A stretch of DNA of 64,000 nt from an uncultured Verrucomicrobiae bacterium (GCA_963782115.1 CAWAIK010000003.1:32001-96000); one strand, 5' to 3'. Positions 10,615 to 21,554 are shown, counted from the stretch's first letter. The notes: generated by a model from the letters alone, not told the origin. A program made the numbers and translations.

Positions 10615-10989
10615 TTAGTTGTGATAGAATTGAGCAATAACGCTATATATCCGTGGATTTGCCTTGTCAAAATCATACTTGGCCATGAGAACCTCTGCCT
10701 CGGTATGATAGATGGGATTCTTAAGAATTTTGCATGCTGCCTCCATCTTTTTGATGTCGCCAGCAACATCAATCCCCGCGCTTTTGAGGTTTTTAAGGGC
10801 AGCAGCTACCTCTACCTCTTGTGCGTTGTTTTGAACTGTCACCGCTAAGACCGGCAGACTAGTGGCGTCTTCCAGCCCTTGGATATACTCAAAGAGGCGC
10901 TTCGAATTATCGGCGACCAACTGGGCTCTTTGGGAACACTCGGCTGCCGGGCCTTGCGGGCGTTCGGGCCCAACAAAATCGGCAGCCAC
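10615..10989 (-). CDS. hypothetical helical protein
   Basis: 124-aa ORF with protein-like composition; start uncertain. Confidence 0.45.
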   Translation of the reverse strand: MAADFVGPERPQGPAAECSQRAQLVADNSKRLFEYIQGLEDATSLPVLAVTVQNNAQEVEVAAALKNLKSAGIDVAGDIKKMEAACKILKNPIYHTEAEVLMAKYDFDKANPRIYSVIAQFYHN

Positions 10990-11473
10990 AAAAAAGGTCT
11001 CGATCTGACCGGCCGGCCGGACTGGATGTGCGAACGTCCGCTTTATTCTTTATTCAAGCTTACACTGCCAGAGACACAATCCTTGCCCGAGAGTGATTAG
11101 AGTTTCGTAAGAGATTCATGAAACGCTTAGATACCCCCGATCTTTTAAAAAGAAGAGTTTTTTGTCAGACCGCCCTTTGAAACTAAACGGTGAATCACGC
11201 ATTTAGGAGTAAAAAAGTAATCGCCAAAATCCGGGCGTTTATCGTTCGCGGTTTAAATCGTAGACAGCCCCGATTCTCTGGAATTTAGCCGGCGCACAAG
11301 AATGATCATCAGCAATAAGCGCCAATACCAGGACATCGTTTCCATTCGCGTCCCTGGACGCTGCCGGTCCGAAAAGGTAACGACGCCACTGTGGATCTGC
11401 ATCGACAATTCGTAAGAAGGGCGGCACCCGGTCGCCTACCCCCGACTTCTGACGCTCTCCCATCATAGGGGAA

Positions 11474-13270
11474 TCAAAGCTTGTCCTCCGTATAGAGCGA
11501 CAGCTCGATCATGCGCTCGAGAAGCTGATCCCCGGGAACGCCGCTAAAATTTCGCAGCACGAGCTCCTTGACATAGAGCCTTACGAGATAGCGCAGTTTG
11601 AGCGCCTGGGTACGCGAGGCGAACACGAAATCGCGATGGCCGTTGTTCACGACGATCACGTTGCGCGTCGCATCGAAGCGGGAGCGCCATAATTCGCCGG
11701 ACGCGCGCTCGAAGGTATATCCGGGAAGACCGCGTGCATCGATCACCCCTGAACCAGTGGAGGGGACGAGGCTGTCGGTCACAGTAATGAGCGCTTCCGC
11801 GGAACAGGTGACATCGCGCTGCCTCACGGTGGCGCGCAATCGCACGAGTCCAGGCGTCGCCGGTGCCTGAAAACTGATCTCCTGATCGTGCTCACTCGCG
11901 AGGGTGCCCCCACCTTCGATGATTTCCCAGCGGAATTGCAGGTCGTCTGTCACTCGGCGTCTGGACCGATCGCGCGGCAGCGCTTTGAAACAGCGGGAGG
12001 CGTTCACGGCAATCGTGCTCGCCGCGGGCGAGACAACGACACTGAAGAGCGGTCCTGCGTGCTCGAAGAACTGGCGCTGTGGCTCTGCCGCGGGCTCCGG
12101 TTCGCCCGCGCCCAGCACTTGATCCTCCGGCAAAGCCCCGAGCGCTTTGCCGTTCTCGCCCGAACGAAGCGCCTCGCTCCGCCGGCCTGAGCGCGCGTGC
12201 ACGTCGAACCAGTCGTACTCCTCCGGCGGCAGGGCCAGCAGTGCCTCGCGAAAGGCGCGCTGAATGGCGCGCATGAGCTCCTGGCTCGCCTGCTCCTCCT
12301 CCGCGCGTTGCTGCTCGGCAATCAGCGCATTCAGATGTTCCTCAAGCGGCCGCAGGGCCTCGCACAGCGCCGCATAGCGCTCATCGTGGATGATGCCACT
12401 GCGCGTGCCCGGCATGACGTTCAGAAAGGGCACATCGATGAGGCCCTCGAGATAGCTCGACGTCCAGGGAACATGTTCGAGACCTGGAAGAGAGCCGAGC
12501 ACCTCGACCACACGCGTGCCGGAGCGGTACAGCGCAACGCGCGAGGACTCCGCGGGCTCGGTCACATATAGTTCCACATAGGCATCGCCGTACGAGGTGC
12601 GGACCGACGGCAGCTGATGCAGAAGGCGACCATCGAACTGTCGCGGCTCGACCTCGAGTTGTTTGCGCGCCAGCTTATCGATGACGCTGATGCGCACTCC
12701 GGAGCTGCGAATACGATCGCGCAGCTCCGAGGATAGATACCACTGGATCTTTTCCCCGCTCAGTGTACGAATGCCTTCGAGGAGCGGCGAGATGCGAACC
12801 TCTGTGCCGCGCTCGGCGAACAGCACGCGCCGGGGGCTCATCTCGTAGCTGGGATCCCCCTTGTTCATGGTCATCTGGTAGGCGCGCTGGTCGCTGCCGG
12901 TGGAGGTCATGACGAGCCGCTCGCCAACCGTCCAGAAGCTCAGTAAGCCAATGCCAAACTCGCCCTGGATCCCCGCTCCCGTCCCCTGGGACCTCAGACG
13001 ACGCTTCACCGAATCGCAGATGTGCGTGGCGACGTAGCGGAAATCGGGAATGCCGTTAGCATCGCGCGGAACGCCATCGCCATCGTCGCGGATGGCGAGA
13101 TAGTGTTCGCCGTGCTCCCGACCACGCGTGATCGTGATCTTTCGCGCGTGCGCGTCGATGCCGTTCTCGACGAGCTCGGCAATAGCTTTCAGCGGGTTGC
13201 TCTGCGACAGGGCGATGATCCGGATTGCGTTCCAGTCATCGCCGATTCGCAGCTTACCCTTCGCTTCCAT
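11474..13270 (-). CDS. GHKL (HSP90/MORC-like) ATPase with a C-terminal Ig-like segment
   Basis: AIAELVENGIDA (N box), IRDDGDG (G1), GEFGIGLLSF (G2), RGTEV; intact 598 aa, visibly GC-richer than its flanks. Confidence 0.85.
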   Translation of the reverse strand: MEAKGKLRIGDDWNAIRIIALSQSNPLKAIAELVENGIDAHARKITITRGREHGEHYLAIRDDGDGVPRDANGIPDFRYVATHICDSVKRRLRSQGTGAGIQGEFGIGLLSFWTVGERLVMTSTGSDQRAYQMTMNKGDPSYEMSPRRVLFAERGTEVRISPLLEGIRTLSGEKIQWYLSSELRDRIRSSGVRISVIDKLARKQLEVEPRQFDGRLLHQLPSVRTSYGDAYVELYVTEPAESSRVALYRSGTRVVEVLGSLPGLEHVPWTSSYLEGLIDVPFLNVMPGTRSGIIHDERYAALCEALRPLEEHLNALIAEQQRAEEEQASQELMRAIQRAFREALLALPPEEYDWFDVHARSGRRSEALRSGENGKALGALPEDQVLGAGEPEPAAEPQRQFFEHAGPLFSVVVSPAASTIAVNASRCFKALPRDRSRRRVTDDLQFRWEIIEGGGTLASEHDQEISFQAPATPGLVRLRATVRQRDVTCSAEALITVTDSLVPSTGSGVIDARGLPGYTFERASGELWRSRFDATRNVIVVNNGHRDFVFASRTQALKLRYLVRLYVKELVLRNFSGVPGDQLLERMIELSLYTEDKL

Positions 13271-13429
13271 GGAGTTGAAAGAGGTGTTGAAATGAGTGAG
13301 GGAGCAGGCCGAAGGCTGCTGCCCTTATGACTACAACATCGAAAAGCTATGCGGATTACGTCGTCTTCGTCGAATCAAAAGCGAAAACGTACTTCGCCGC
13401 GCTCTGCGTGACCATCAGCGCGCAGAGTT

Positions 13430-13690
13430 ACGCTGCATCCGTGCCGGTGATCGCCGCGCCCGCGGCTCCCACTCCGACGCGGTTGAAACCCGGGAAGAAG
13501 GGCGAACTTGGGAGGGGCTTCAGGGCGCCGTCGCTCCCGAGGCTGTACCCCAGACGGTGTTGTCGGACTCGTTTGCCACATAGCCGAACTTGCGCCTAGG
13601 ATCCACCGCCACTGAACGGGCGTAGAGGCCTGCCGCGAAGGGCGAACTTGGGAGGGGCGTCAGGGCACCGTTGCTACCATTTTCGACTCA
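13430..13690 (-). pseudogene. lactonase-family beta-propeller remnant
   Basis: NGALTPLPSSPFAAG..SVAVDP..FGYVANESDNTV..DGALKPLPSSPF; explains the 42-bp direct repeat at 13498/13637. Confidence 0.65.
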
Positions 13691-14402
13691 TATTTTTTCA
13701 ACTAAATCGTACACTGAGCTCCGTTGTTTCAGTTAAATCGTAGACTGTTTGATCTCCTCCTCTGAATGGGATGACGCACGGTCTGAAAGCCGGACATTCG
13801 TTGACCAGCAGCCTGACGAGAAGCTTGGGCCGACAATCCCCTTCCCGACTCTGCTGTCGCAGCGCGATGTCAGGAACGAGGAGTTTTCATTTAAATCTGC
13901 GACCAAATTGACGCTACAAATGGTCTACGCATTAAATGAAAAGTCCACGATTTAACTGAAAAAACCCTTTTCAATTAAATCGTAGACTCCGAGGAGAAAT
14001 CCCCGACGGCCAGTCTACTTTTTAACTGAAATCGACACCGAAGCCTCGTTGTCATCGCGAGCTTGCTGCCTGCCGCGGAATGCTCTGCCTCATCCGCACT
14101 TTTGTTTTAGAACAGTACGTGCTGGACTCCATTAGGAAAGCGGCGCATAGACATCAAGGTCCAAATCACGGTGAAGTCCGCAGGCGGGGTGAAGTGGCGG
14201 TGGTCAACGAAGTCGCGTGCCTAGAGCATGTTAGTTAACACCCTTCTTCGACTGACCATGTGCGCGCGCAAGGCTCATGACTTTAAACAGCCTCATTCCG
14301 GTAGCAGCCGATCTTCGAGCTGCGCTTTCTGAATTGCTTACTCCGAATAAAGACTGCATTTTCGGTTGATAGAACTTTAAGGCCACGAAAATCCTCGTCG
14401 TT

Positions 14403-15245
14403 TCAAGGCATGGATGCTCCCCGGGCCGCGGCAAAAAGAGAGTACCATTCGTCGCGGCTCAGAGAAATGGAAAGCGCCTTGGCACAGGCCCGCAACCGAG
14501 CAGGACGCGTAGTTCCCAGCACGGGCTGAATTTTTGCCGGGTGTTTGAGAAGCCAAGCCAGGAGGATGGCCTCAGCGGTAGTTTGGTGGCGCCGGGCATA
14601 TTCCTGCACCAGAGTGGCCGTCTTTTTGATGTTCTCGGGTTCGCCATCTAGGTTCCCCATCAAGATACCTTGGGCCAAGGGGCTCCAGGCTTGGAGCAGA
14701 ACAGGCTTGGTCCGGCAATATTCCATAGTTCCCTCCCAGCCATCGGGGTAGCGAGGCGAGTTTTGGTTGAACGAAATGCCGAGCTCGACGAAGCCGTGGT
14801 GCAGCAGGCTCATCTCCACCTGGTTCGCCACCAGGGGCTCTGTCAAAAAGGATTGGAGATATTCCATTTGGAACCGGTTCTGGTTGGAAACGCCGAAGTA
14901 GCGCACCTTGCCCGAAAGGCGGAGTTTCTGGAAGGCTTCAGCGATTTCCTCCCCTTCCCAAAGGGGGTCCGGACGATGCAGCAAGAGGACCTCCAAGTGG
15001 TCAGTACCTAACCGCGCCAGGATCGCATCGACGCTTTCCAGGATATGGTCGCCGCTGAAATCGAAACGTTGTGGTGTTCCGGGCGGATCATCCGCCCAGC
15101 GGATCCCGCATTTCGACTGAATCACGATCTTGTCCCTTAGGGACGGTCTTTCCTTGAGCGCCCGGCCGAAAATTTCTTCGGCCCTTCCGCGACCATAGAT
15201 ATTGGCATGATCAAAGAAATTGGCGCCGATCTCCTCGGCCGCATC
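14403..15245 (-). pseudogene. aldo/keto reductase (YdhF/YcsN-like), 5'-truncated
   Basis: FFDHANIYGRG, IQSKCGIR, LLLHRPD, GKVRYFGVSN, QAWSPLA, LAWLLKHP. Confidence 0.85.
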
Positions 15246-15730
15246 ACGTAAACCACCTTGCCCTGGTTGCCCAGTTGCTCAAAGGCTTGCCAAGTCTCGT
15301 CCCAGGGGCAGTCGCGGTCCACGTGGTGCATCTGGTAAAGATCAATGTGATCGGTCTGCAGCCGTTTCAGGCTTCCCTCGCTGTGCTTACGGATCTTGTA
15401 AGCCGAAAGACTGCGGCCGTCAGTGTTGGGTTCTGCGAGGTTGGCTTTGCGTTTGACAGGATTAAAGACCTTCGTGGCCAGGATCACCGCGTCTCGGCGG
15501 CCGCCTCCCTGGGCAAACCAGCGGCCCAGTATTTCCTCGGTGTCGCCCTGTTCGCCACCTCGGCCGTACACGTCCGCAGTGTCGAAGAAGTTGATGCCGA
15601 GCTCTAGTGCCCGGTCCATGATCTTGAAACTTTCTTCCTGAGCGGTGTGCCAACCGAAGTTCATGGTGCCCAGGCAGATGTTGCTTACAAAGACCCCATG
15701 TTTTCCCAAGCGTTTGTGTTCGATTGCCAT
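15246..15730 (-). pseudogene. second aldo/keto reductase, 3'-truncated and joined out of frame to the first
   Basis: ICLGTMNFG, FFDTADVYG, LATKV, SLKRLQTDHIDLYQMH; stops at GKVVYV. Confidence 0.85.
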
Positions 15731-15847
15731 AATCGATAGTTTTGTTGCTTTCTCCGGCGAATATCCCCGATGATCTGTTCCTTGCTGAATGGACTTTTCT
15801 TCATCTTCTGCTCCTTAGTTCTTGAGCAGAACTCCGATTATCCCCTT

Positions 15848-16552
15848 CTAGACGAGTGATTCGGCCATCGTGCGCATTTGGATTTCAATGATCCGCGAAC
15901 CCGGGGATTGTTTGCAGGCCAACAAAACCGCGCCGGCCACGTCTTCGGGCTCCAGCATGTCCGAGTTGCTGACCCCTTCTTGCGTCCGCCCCCGGCCAAG
16001 TGCAAATTCGGTCTTCACTCCTCCGGGACAGATAACACCAACCTTGATTCCGTGAACTCGGAGTTCCTTATCCAACGCCTGCGCAAAACCGACTTGCGCG
16101 AACTTCGTGGCACAGTAAACCGCTTCGCCCCCAAACCCATAGACGCCCGCCATCGACGAAATCATCAGGATGGTGCCCTGCTTTTGCTGAAGCATGACCG
16201 GAACCGTGTGACGGGTGAACAGAAACGTGGAGCGCACGTTGGTGTCCATCATGTCGTCGTACTCCTCAGCGCTTGTGTCCACGAGGTTCTTATAATTGCC
16301 CACGCCCGTGTTGTTAATCAGGATGTCGATCTGCCCGAAGGTCTGCATTGCTGCTTCGACCGTCTTTTTCGCCGTGCTTTCCTCTCGGGCATCGCCGAGG
16401 ACGCTGATGGCCTGCGTGCCCAGCTTTTCTGCTTGTTGCTTGAGCTGGTCGAGCCGCTCCTGGCGCCGCGCCGTGAGCACCAGTCGCGCGCCCTCTTCGG
16501 CCAAGGCACGGGCGCAAGCTTGTCCGATGCCGGCGCTTGCGCCGGTGATTAG
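15848..16552 (-). pseudogene. SDR family oxidoreductase lacking its first residues
   Basis: ITGASAGIGQACA upstream of the ORF, IDILINNTG, YCATKFA. Confidence 0.85.
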
Positions 16553-16682
16553 TTTAGGGCCACTTTTCCAGTGAGGTTTGTCGTCATAATTTTGTTAATT
16601 TCGCGCTTTAAGCCTGGGCCACAAACGACTTCTTCCGATTAAACGGTCGGCTAGGAGAGTTGTCCTCGGCGTTATACGAATG

Positions 16683-16743
16683 TCTCAGTGCTCCCAAATC
16701 GAATAGCTGAAATTCGGCCGACTCCGGAACAAACCTCTCTTTA
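16683..16743 (+). repeat. 61-bp direct repeat, copy 1
   Basis: 55/61 identical to 18168-18228. Confidence 0.9.
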
Positions 16744-16804
16744 CGTGTACTGATCAGTGTGAATATGACTGCTTCCATATCTTCTGTTCTTTTTTTACTA
16801 TTTT

Positions 16805-16950
16805 TACTTTCGATTGAGACTGTTGGTCGTCCGGCCCCCAAAAGATAATTATCATTGTTTATGTCCTATCACGAAATCTGATGTTTGTAATAAGCTGGAT
16901 AAAGTTTGGCCGAAGGAATTACGTCGAGTCGCGAAAAATCACTCTTTGTC
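16805..16950 (-). repeat. ~145-bp non-coding repeat, inverted homolog of 21555-21700
   Basis: Shares ACATCAGATTTCGTGATAG...AATGATAATTATC and TTTTTCGCGACTC with the second copy. Confidence 0.85.
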
Positions 16951-17034
16951 CCCTACGGCTCGGACAGATGTAGAGTTGAGATCTCGATTAGAGAACCTTT
17001 CACTAATGATCACAACAAACGATCGGCTAGCCTC

Positions 17035-18048
17035 ATGGATCTGAACCGCTTAGGTCCTGGATTATTACATGCCTTCTTGGTTGTTGCCGAGGTCGGAAAA
17101 ATCTCGGAAGCAGCTCGGCGACTTCATCTCTCGCAGCCGGCCGTCACCGCCCAAATTCGGCGGCTGGAGGCTGACCTGGACATGCCACTGTTCATTCGGT
17201 CTGTCCAAGGAGTGACTTTGACGCCCCGTGGAGCTCATTTACGAGAACGGCTTCAGCGCGTTTTCGCCGACCTGGAAGAGGCTTTAAGTGAACTTGATCA
17301 GCCCGGGGAGCTCACGGGAGTCTTGAAATTTGCCGCAAGCACGACCAGTGCGGCCCATTTTGTACCGACCATCTTCGCTCGATTTCGTCGTCCATCCTGC
17401 GGTCGGGCTTCATCTCATTGTTGGGAATGCAAAAGATGTGATCGAGCTTGTTCGAGAGCAACATGTTGCGCTTGGTTTACTAGCGGGTTATGAGCGGAGT
17501 CCAGGTGTTCGTCTTGAGCAGTTCATGCCTGATGAGATTGTTGCGGTTTGTGCACCGCGAATTCGTGATCCAAAGTTTCGACGTGCGATTCAGAATCTGA
17601 AGTCCGCTCGAGATCTTGAGCATCTGCCGTTGATCTGGCGGGAGCGAGGAGCAGGCACGGGGCTATGGTGGAACAGGTGCTCAAAGAGCATGAACTGAAC
17701 GTGAGGAAGTTAGATCAGCGGGTTGAAATCGGAAGCACCGAGGCGATCAAATCACTGGTTGTCGCCGAGATTGGTGTCGCTTTCTTCTCCTGTTGGGAGA
17801 TTCAAAACGAACTTGCAGCGGGAGCTCTTCGAGAAATTAACATTCCCGGCCTGCAAATTCACCGAGTGTTTTCCTGGGCGCTTCCAAGCGGGGACCTAGG
17901 CGGTCTTCCTGGCGAGTTCTATCGATTCGCCAATTCGATCCGAACCGAGCTGTCTGCCGTAAGTATACGGAGGTGGAAGATTGGCGTGAACACCTACCTA
18001 CCCGCATCCGGTGCGGTCGCATGGGCGGATGGGCCGCCAGGCCGATGA
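17035..18048 (+). pseudogene. LysR-family regulator (CysL-like), two frameshifts
   Basis: ISEAARRLHLSQPAVTAQIRRLE; LIWRERGAGT; IGSTEAIKSLV in successive frames. Confidence 0.85.
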
Positions 18049-18167
18049 ATGTTTCCGAAGTTGGACCCTTCAACTCTTAAGGATACTCAATACCCGGACG
18101 CGCGAGCGCAGGAGTTGCCTTTTGCGGCGGCCAAGCGTTTGAAAACGCCCGACACATCAAGAATTTT

Positions 18168-18228
18168 TCTCAGCGCTCGCAAATCGAATGGCTGAAATTC
18201 GGCCGACTCAGGAACAGACGTCTCTTTA
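18168..18228 (+). repeat. 61-bp direct repeat, copy 2
   Basis: 55/61 identical to 16683-16743. Confidence 0.9.
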
Positions 18229-18434
18229 AGTTTAACAAATACGATGAGTTTCTGGGCGATGCCGGCTATCCGACCGTGAAATCCATATTCCACGGCCCCG
18301 AATTCGCGGCAGGCACTATCCATCGAGTCAACAAAGATAGTCCTCAGGAGCTTTGGAACAATCCGTCGCTGTTCATACCGTTTTAAATAGCGGAGGTCGA
18401 ACCTATCACGTCCGCTGATAGAGCATCAAAAACA

Positions 18435-19668
18435 ATGAATTATCCAATGCTAGAAGGAGCGCAATTTTATAGCCGGATGAAACGTTTTATCGAGTTCGAT
18501 GTGCTTCGAGGGGTCTTGCTGTTGATGATGAGCGTCGATCATTCGCCCTCATCGCTTCGCCGCTTTACCGACCAGCCGCTGGGGTTCTTCTCCACCGCTG
18601 AATGCTTTGTGTTCGTCTCAGCATTCCTTGCCGGCATGCTCTTTCGCAAACGCGCCGAAAAGCTCGGGTTCGCCGCTGCTCGCTCCTCTTCGATCCACCG
18701 GGCCGGACGCATCTACCGGGCACATCTCGTCACTCTTTCCTTCGCATTTGTTCTAGGCAGCTTCTTCTTATCCGAGCTTCCTGGCATCAGAAATTTGTTA
18801 GACCGCTATCTGATGGATCCATGGGCGGCGATTGGTGGATCACTGGCGCTGCTTTTCCGGCCGCCCTTGATGGACATCCTCCCGATGTACGTCCTATTCT
18901 CTTTTCTCACACCTGCCGCTTTCGGAGCAGCTCAACGATGGGGATGGAAGACGGTCCTTTTTGTCAGCTTTTCTACCTGGATCATCGCACAGACACATGT
19001 CAGGGATATGTTGGTAAGTTCATCCAAAGATCTTCCGTTCGTCCAACTCGGTCCGTTCGATCTTCTCGCCTGGCAGCTTCTATGGGTCGGCGGGCTGTTC
19101 ATCGGCCAGCGTTTTCTGGAAAACAAGGCCCTGCTGCCGACGCCTCATTTGCTACGACCGCTCTTAGTCCTCTCGGCGATCGCGTTTCTTTTCTGGCGTT
19201 GGAGTTCTATCACCAGCGGCCCCGATCCAATTACTCAAACATGGTTGTTCGATAAGTGGGATCTCGGACCGTTACGCCTAATCAACTTCGCCGTAGCCGC
19301 TTCCGTCACCGCGACATTCCTTAAGTATCTGAATCGCTGGGAAGCGCCTTTGCGACCATTTTTGCTGATCGGTCGTCACATTGCTTCCTGTTTTCTGCAG
19401 CCAAATCTGTCTTTCTGTGTTGCTCATTGGCCGCACTGAGTCTGGCTTAACTATTGAGCCGACCACCTCCGCTTTAGTAATCTGTCAGCTGCTCACCGCA
19501 CCCCTGTTCGCCTGGTTTTTGGAATTGCGGTCGGTCGCTAAGCAATCGGCTCGCCCAATACCTCCCGCGATGGGCGCTAAGCACCAGATCTCGCTCGCGG
19601 AGACACGCATGAAAAGGCATCCATTGCCTTCTCGCACCGTCAGGCAACCAGTTTTACACCCTCTGTAG
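18435..19668 (+). CDS. OpgC-domain membrane protein, frameshift near 19381
   Basis: FDVLRG, DH, GFFSTAECFVFVSA, MDILPMY, FDLLAWQLLW, DKWDLGPLRLINF. Confidence 0.8.
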
Positions 19669-19846
19669 AACGCTCTTTTAACAAATGCAAAGCGAATTGA
19701 ATCCGAGACTACCCTGTCCAACGAACGTTTACTTCAAACGGCAGAACCAAATTATACACGTCTGTCCCAGGAGCACAATCACAAGCCGAAATCGCGGGAA
19801 CTTGGATAGATCATCCCCTCCGCGTGGCACGCGGACGAAAATAGTG

Positions 19847-20647
19847 ATGAGCTTCAAGGCTGGCAACCACTTACGATTCGCGGAGGCCCTGGTGGCAATC
19901 TCGATTTACGCCAACGCGTTTACGGCGGACGCTCAGGTCGCCCCGGACATTGCTTCTACGTCGGCTTCTGCTTCAGCAACTCCAACTCTCAACCTGCGCC
20001 TGCCGGTGATGCCCGGTGGCACTCCTCCACTGGCGTCCCACGCTCCTTCCGTTGGTCCGTTTGAGCAGGAAGTCACCTCACTCGAAAACCGCCGAATTGA
20101 GTTTTCGCAACGGCCGATTATCTTTTACGGAAGTTCGTCCATTCGTCGCTGGAAGACTCTGAGCCAGGATTTTATCGGGTACCCGGTCGTCAACTGCGGT
20201 TTCGGCGGTTCGCGCCTGAGCGATTGTGTTCGGTATGTGTCCCGCCTGGTCTTACGGCTTAAGCCTGCGGCGGTGGTGGTCTACGCAGGTGATAACGACC
20301 TGGCGCAAGGCGCCCTGCCAGACCAGGCGTTTGCCTCGTTCCGGGATCTTTACGGTGCACTACGCGGCTATTCGGAGCAGATGCCAATCGCCTATATCTC
20401 CGTCAAACCGTCCCCGGCTCGGATCCGCTACATCGACAACATCCTTCGCTTCAACCAGATGGTGCAGGCGTTCCTGCAGAACCAGCCGGCGACCAAATAC
20501 ATCGATATTTACACGGCGGTGCTCGGACAAGACCATAAGCCTAATCCTGCCCTTTTCGTTCAGGACCAAATTCACCTTAGCGGCCTTGGCTACCAGATAT
20601 TGCGTCGGGATGTGTCGTCATTCTTGTCAAGTGAGTTAAACCCCTAG
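19847..20647 (+). CDS. GDSL/SGNH hydrolase, secreted
   Basis: FYGSSSIRRW, NCGFGGS, YAGDNDL, DQIHL. Confidence 0.9.
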   Translation: MSFKAGNHLRFAEALVAISIYANAFTADAQVAPDIASTSASASATPTLNLRLPVMPGGTPPLASHAPSVGPFEQEVTSLENRRIEFSQRPIIFYGSSSIRRWKTLSQDFIGYPVVNCGFGGSRLSDCVRYVSRLVLRLKPAAVVVYAGDNDLAQGALPDQAFASFRDLYGALRGYSEQMPIAYISVKPSPARIRYIDNILRFNQMVQAFLQNQPATKYIDIYTAVLGQDHKPNPALFVQDQIHLSGLGYQILRRDVSSFLSSELNP

Positions 20648-20679
20648 ACCGCAACAATCACGCAAGACCGAAGGTCCCC

Positions 20680-20879
20680 TACGCCATCGCCTACAAAGCT
20701 GCCAAAAAGGACGGCGAATTCGTCGTGCCTGGATTTGGGAAGCTCGTAAAACAGAAGAGGAAAGCTCGCACCGGGATTAATCCCTCAACGAACAGAAGAT
20801 CAATATTCCCGGCAAAACCGTGATTAAGTTCCGCGTCTTCAAGGTGGCGAAGGATGCGATTCTCGGCGCGAAGAAGTAA
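20680..20879 (+). pseudogene. HU-family DNA-binding protein, C-terminal remnant
   Basis: GEFVVPGFGKLVKQKRKARTGINP...VIKFRVFKVAKDAILGAKK. Confidence 0.8.
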
Positions 20880-20893
20880 TTGGGGTCACTCCT

Positions 20894-21333
20894 GAATGGC
20901 GCGAAGTTAAGCAGGGTTTGGGATGGTTTCTTGCCTCGAAGTGGCGATAGATTTCAGGGTTTCCACCCTGATCATTATACACAATTTTGTCGGCGGGAAG
21001 CGGTCGCCCAGCGCCACTATCGCTGGAAAAGCATCGCTCGCCGGTGCAAACAAAATACAGGCTGGAAGCCTGTGCTACTTTACGCCGTCGCGTGGTTGCC
21101 GTGGGTTCGCGGAGATTGCACCAGGATGTCCTCCAGAGATCGCTCGACACTCCGGAAAGCAATGTAGTATAGGCTTCCAGCCTGTATTGTTCGCACCATC
21201 AAGCGATGCTTTCCAGGTATCCTCCGTTTCTCCGATTTGTGTACAAAGATCCGGGTTGAAACCCCGGGCTGAGTCCTCTCGACCCCTTCGGGGTGAAGAA
21301 CCATCCCAAATCGCCCTTATCTTCGCGCCATTC
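20894..21333. mobile_element. 440-bp MITE with ~35-bp imperfect terminal inverted repeats and 11-bp target duplication (IS4-like)
   Basis: GAATGGCGCGAAGTTAAG...CTTATCTTCGCGCCATTC flanked on both sides by GGGTCACTCCT. Confidence 0.85.
21056..21187. repeat. inverted pair of GTAG-type REP sequences (REPIN-like)
   Basis: ACAGGCTGGAAGCCTGTGCTAC and GTAGTATAGGCTTCCAGCCTGT. Confidence 0.7.
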
Positions 21334-21554
21334 GGGTCACTCCTCCGTTTGTAAAGAATTGTAGGCCAGAAATTACGAGGGGAATTGGTGCTATATCCGT
21401 GTCGACTGGACTGACGCTGGACAAGTCCCCGATCTGATCAAGGCTGTCTGGAAGGCCGCGCTACAGAAGCTCAGGCGCTGTGATTACTGCAGGCTCGCGG
21501 CTTAACGTACAATTTTTTACAAACGGAGGAGTGACCCCTACTCCGCCATCCCGG

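Larger units (their letters stand above)
8764..14037. mobile_element. 5.3-kb non-autonomous transposon-like segment with inverted ~93-bp ends (TGT...ACA; Tn7/Tn5053/Mu superfamily style)
   Basis: 8764-8856 is the inverted homolog of 13943-14037; each has three copies of TTCAnTTAAAnnGTAGAC; flanks are CCGGA / CCGAA. Confidence 0.6.
20882..21538. mobile_element. Tn3-family-derived MITE with 38-bp inverted repeats; left repeat interrupted by another element
   Basis: Right end reverse complement GGGGTCACTCCTCCGTTTGTAAAAAATTGTACGTTAAG (21501-21538); left end split between 20882-20893 and 21345-21363. Confidence 0.8.

Noticed and set aside
13498..13678. Two ~42-bp direct repeats as a mini CRISPR array
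   Set aside because: They are coding repeats of a lactonase-type beta-propeller (GALxPLPSSPF); only two copies, ~97-bp spacing, no cas genes.
13697..14037. Clustered 18-bp repeats as CRISPR repeats or plasmid iterons
   Set aside because: Mixed orientation, irregular spacing, TCGACA terminus and no rep or cas gene fit transposon ends better.
18354..18385. GGAAC...CGTT as a further ECF promoter
   Set aside because: Spacer does not match the 17-nt pattern; similar partial GGAAT sites near 24116 and 41985 also lack the GGT element.
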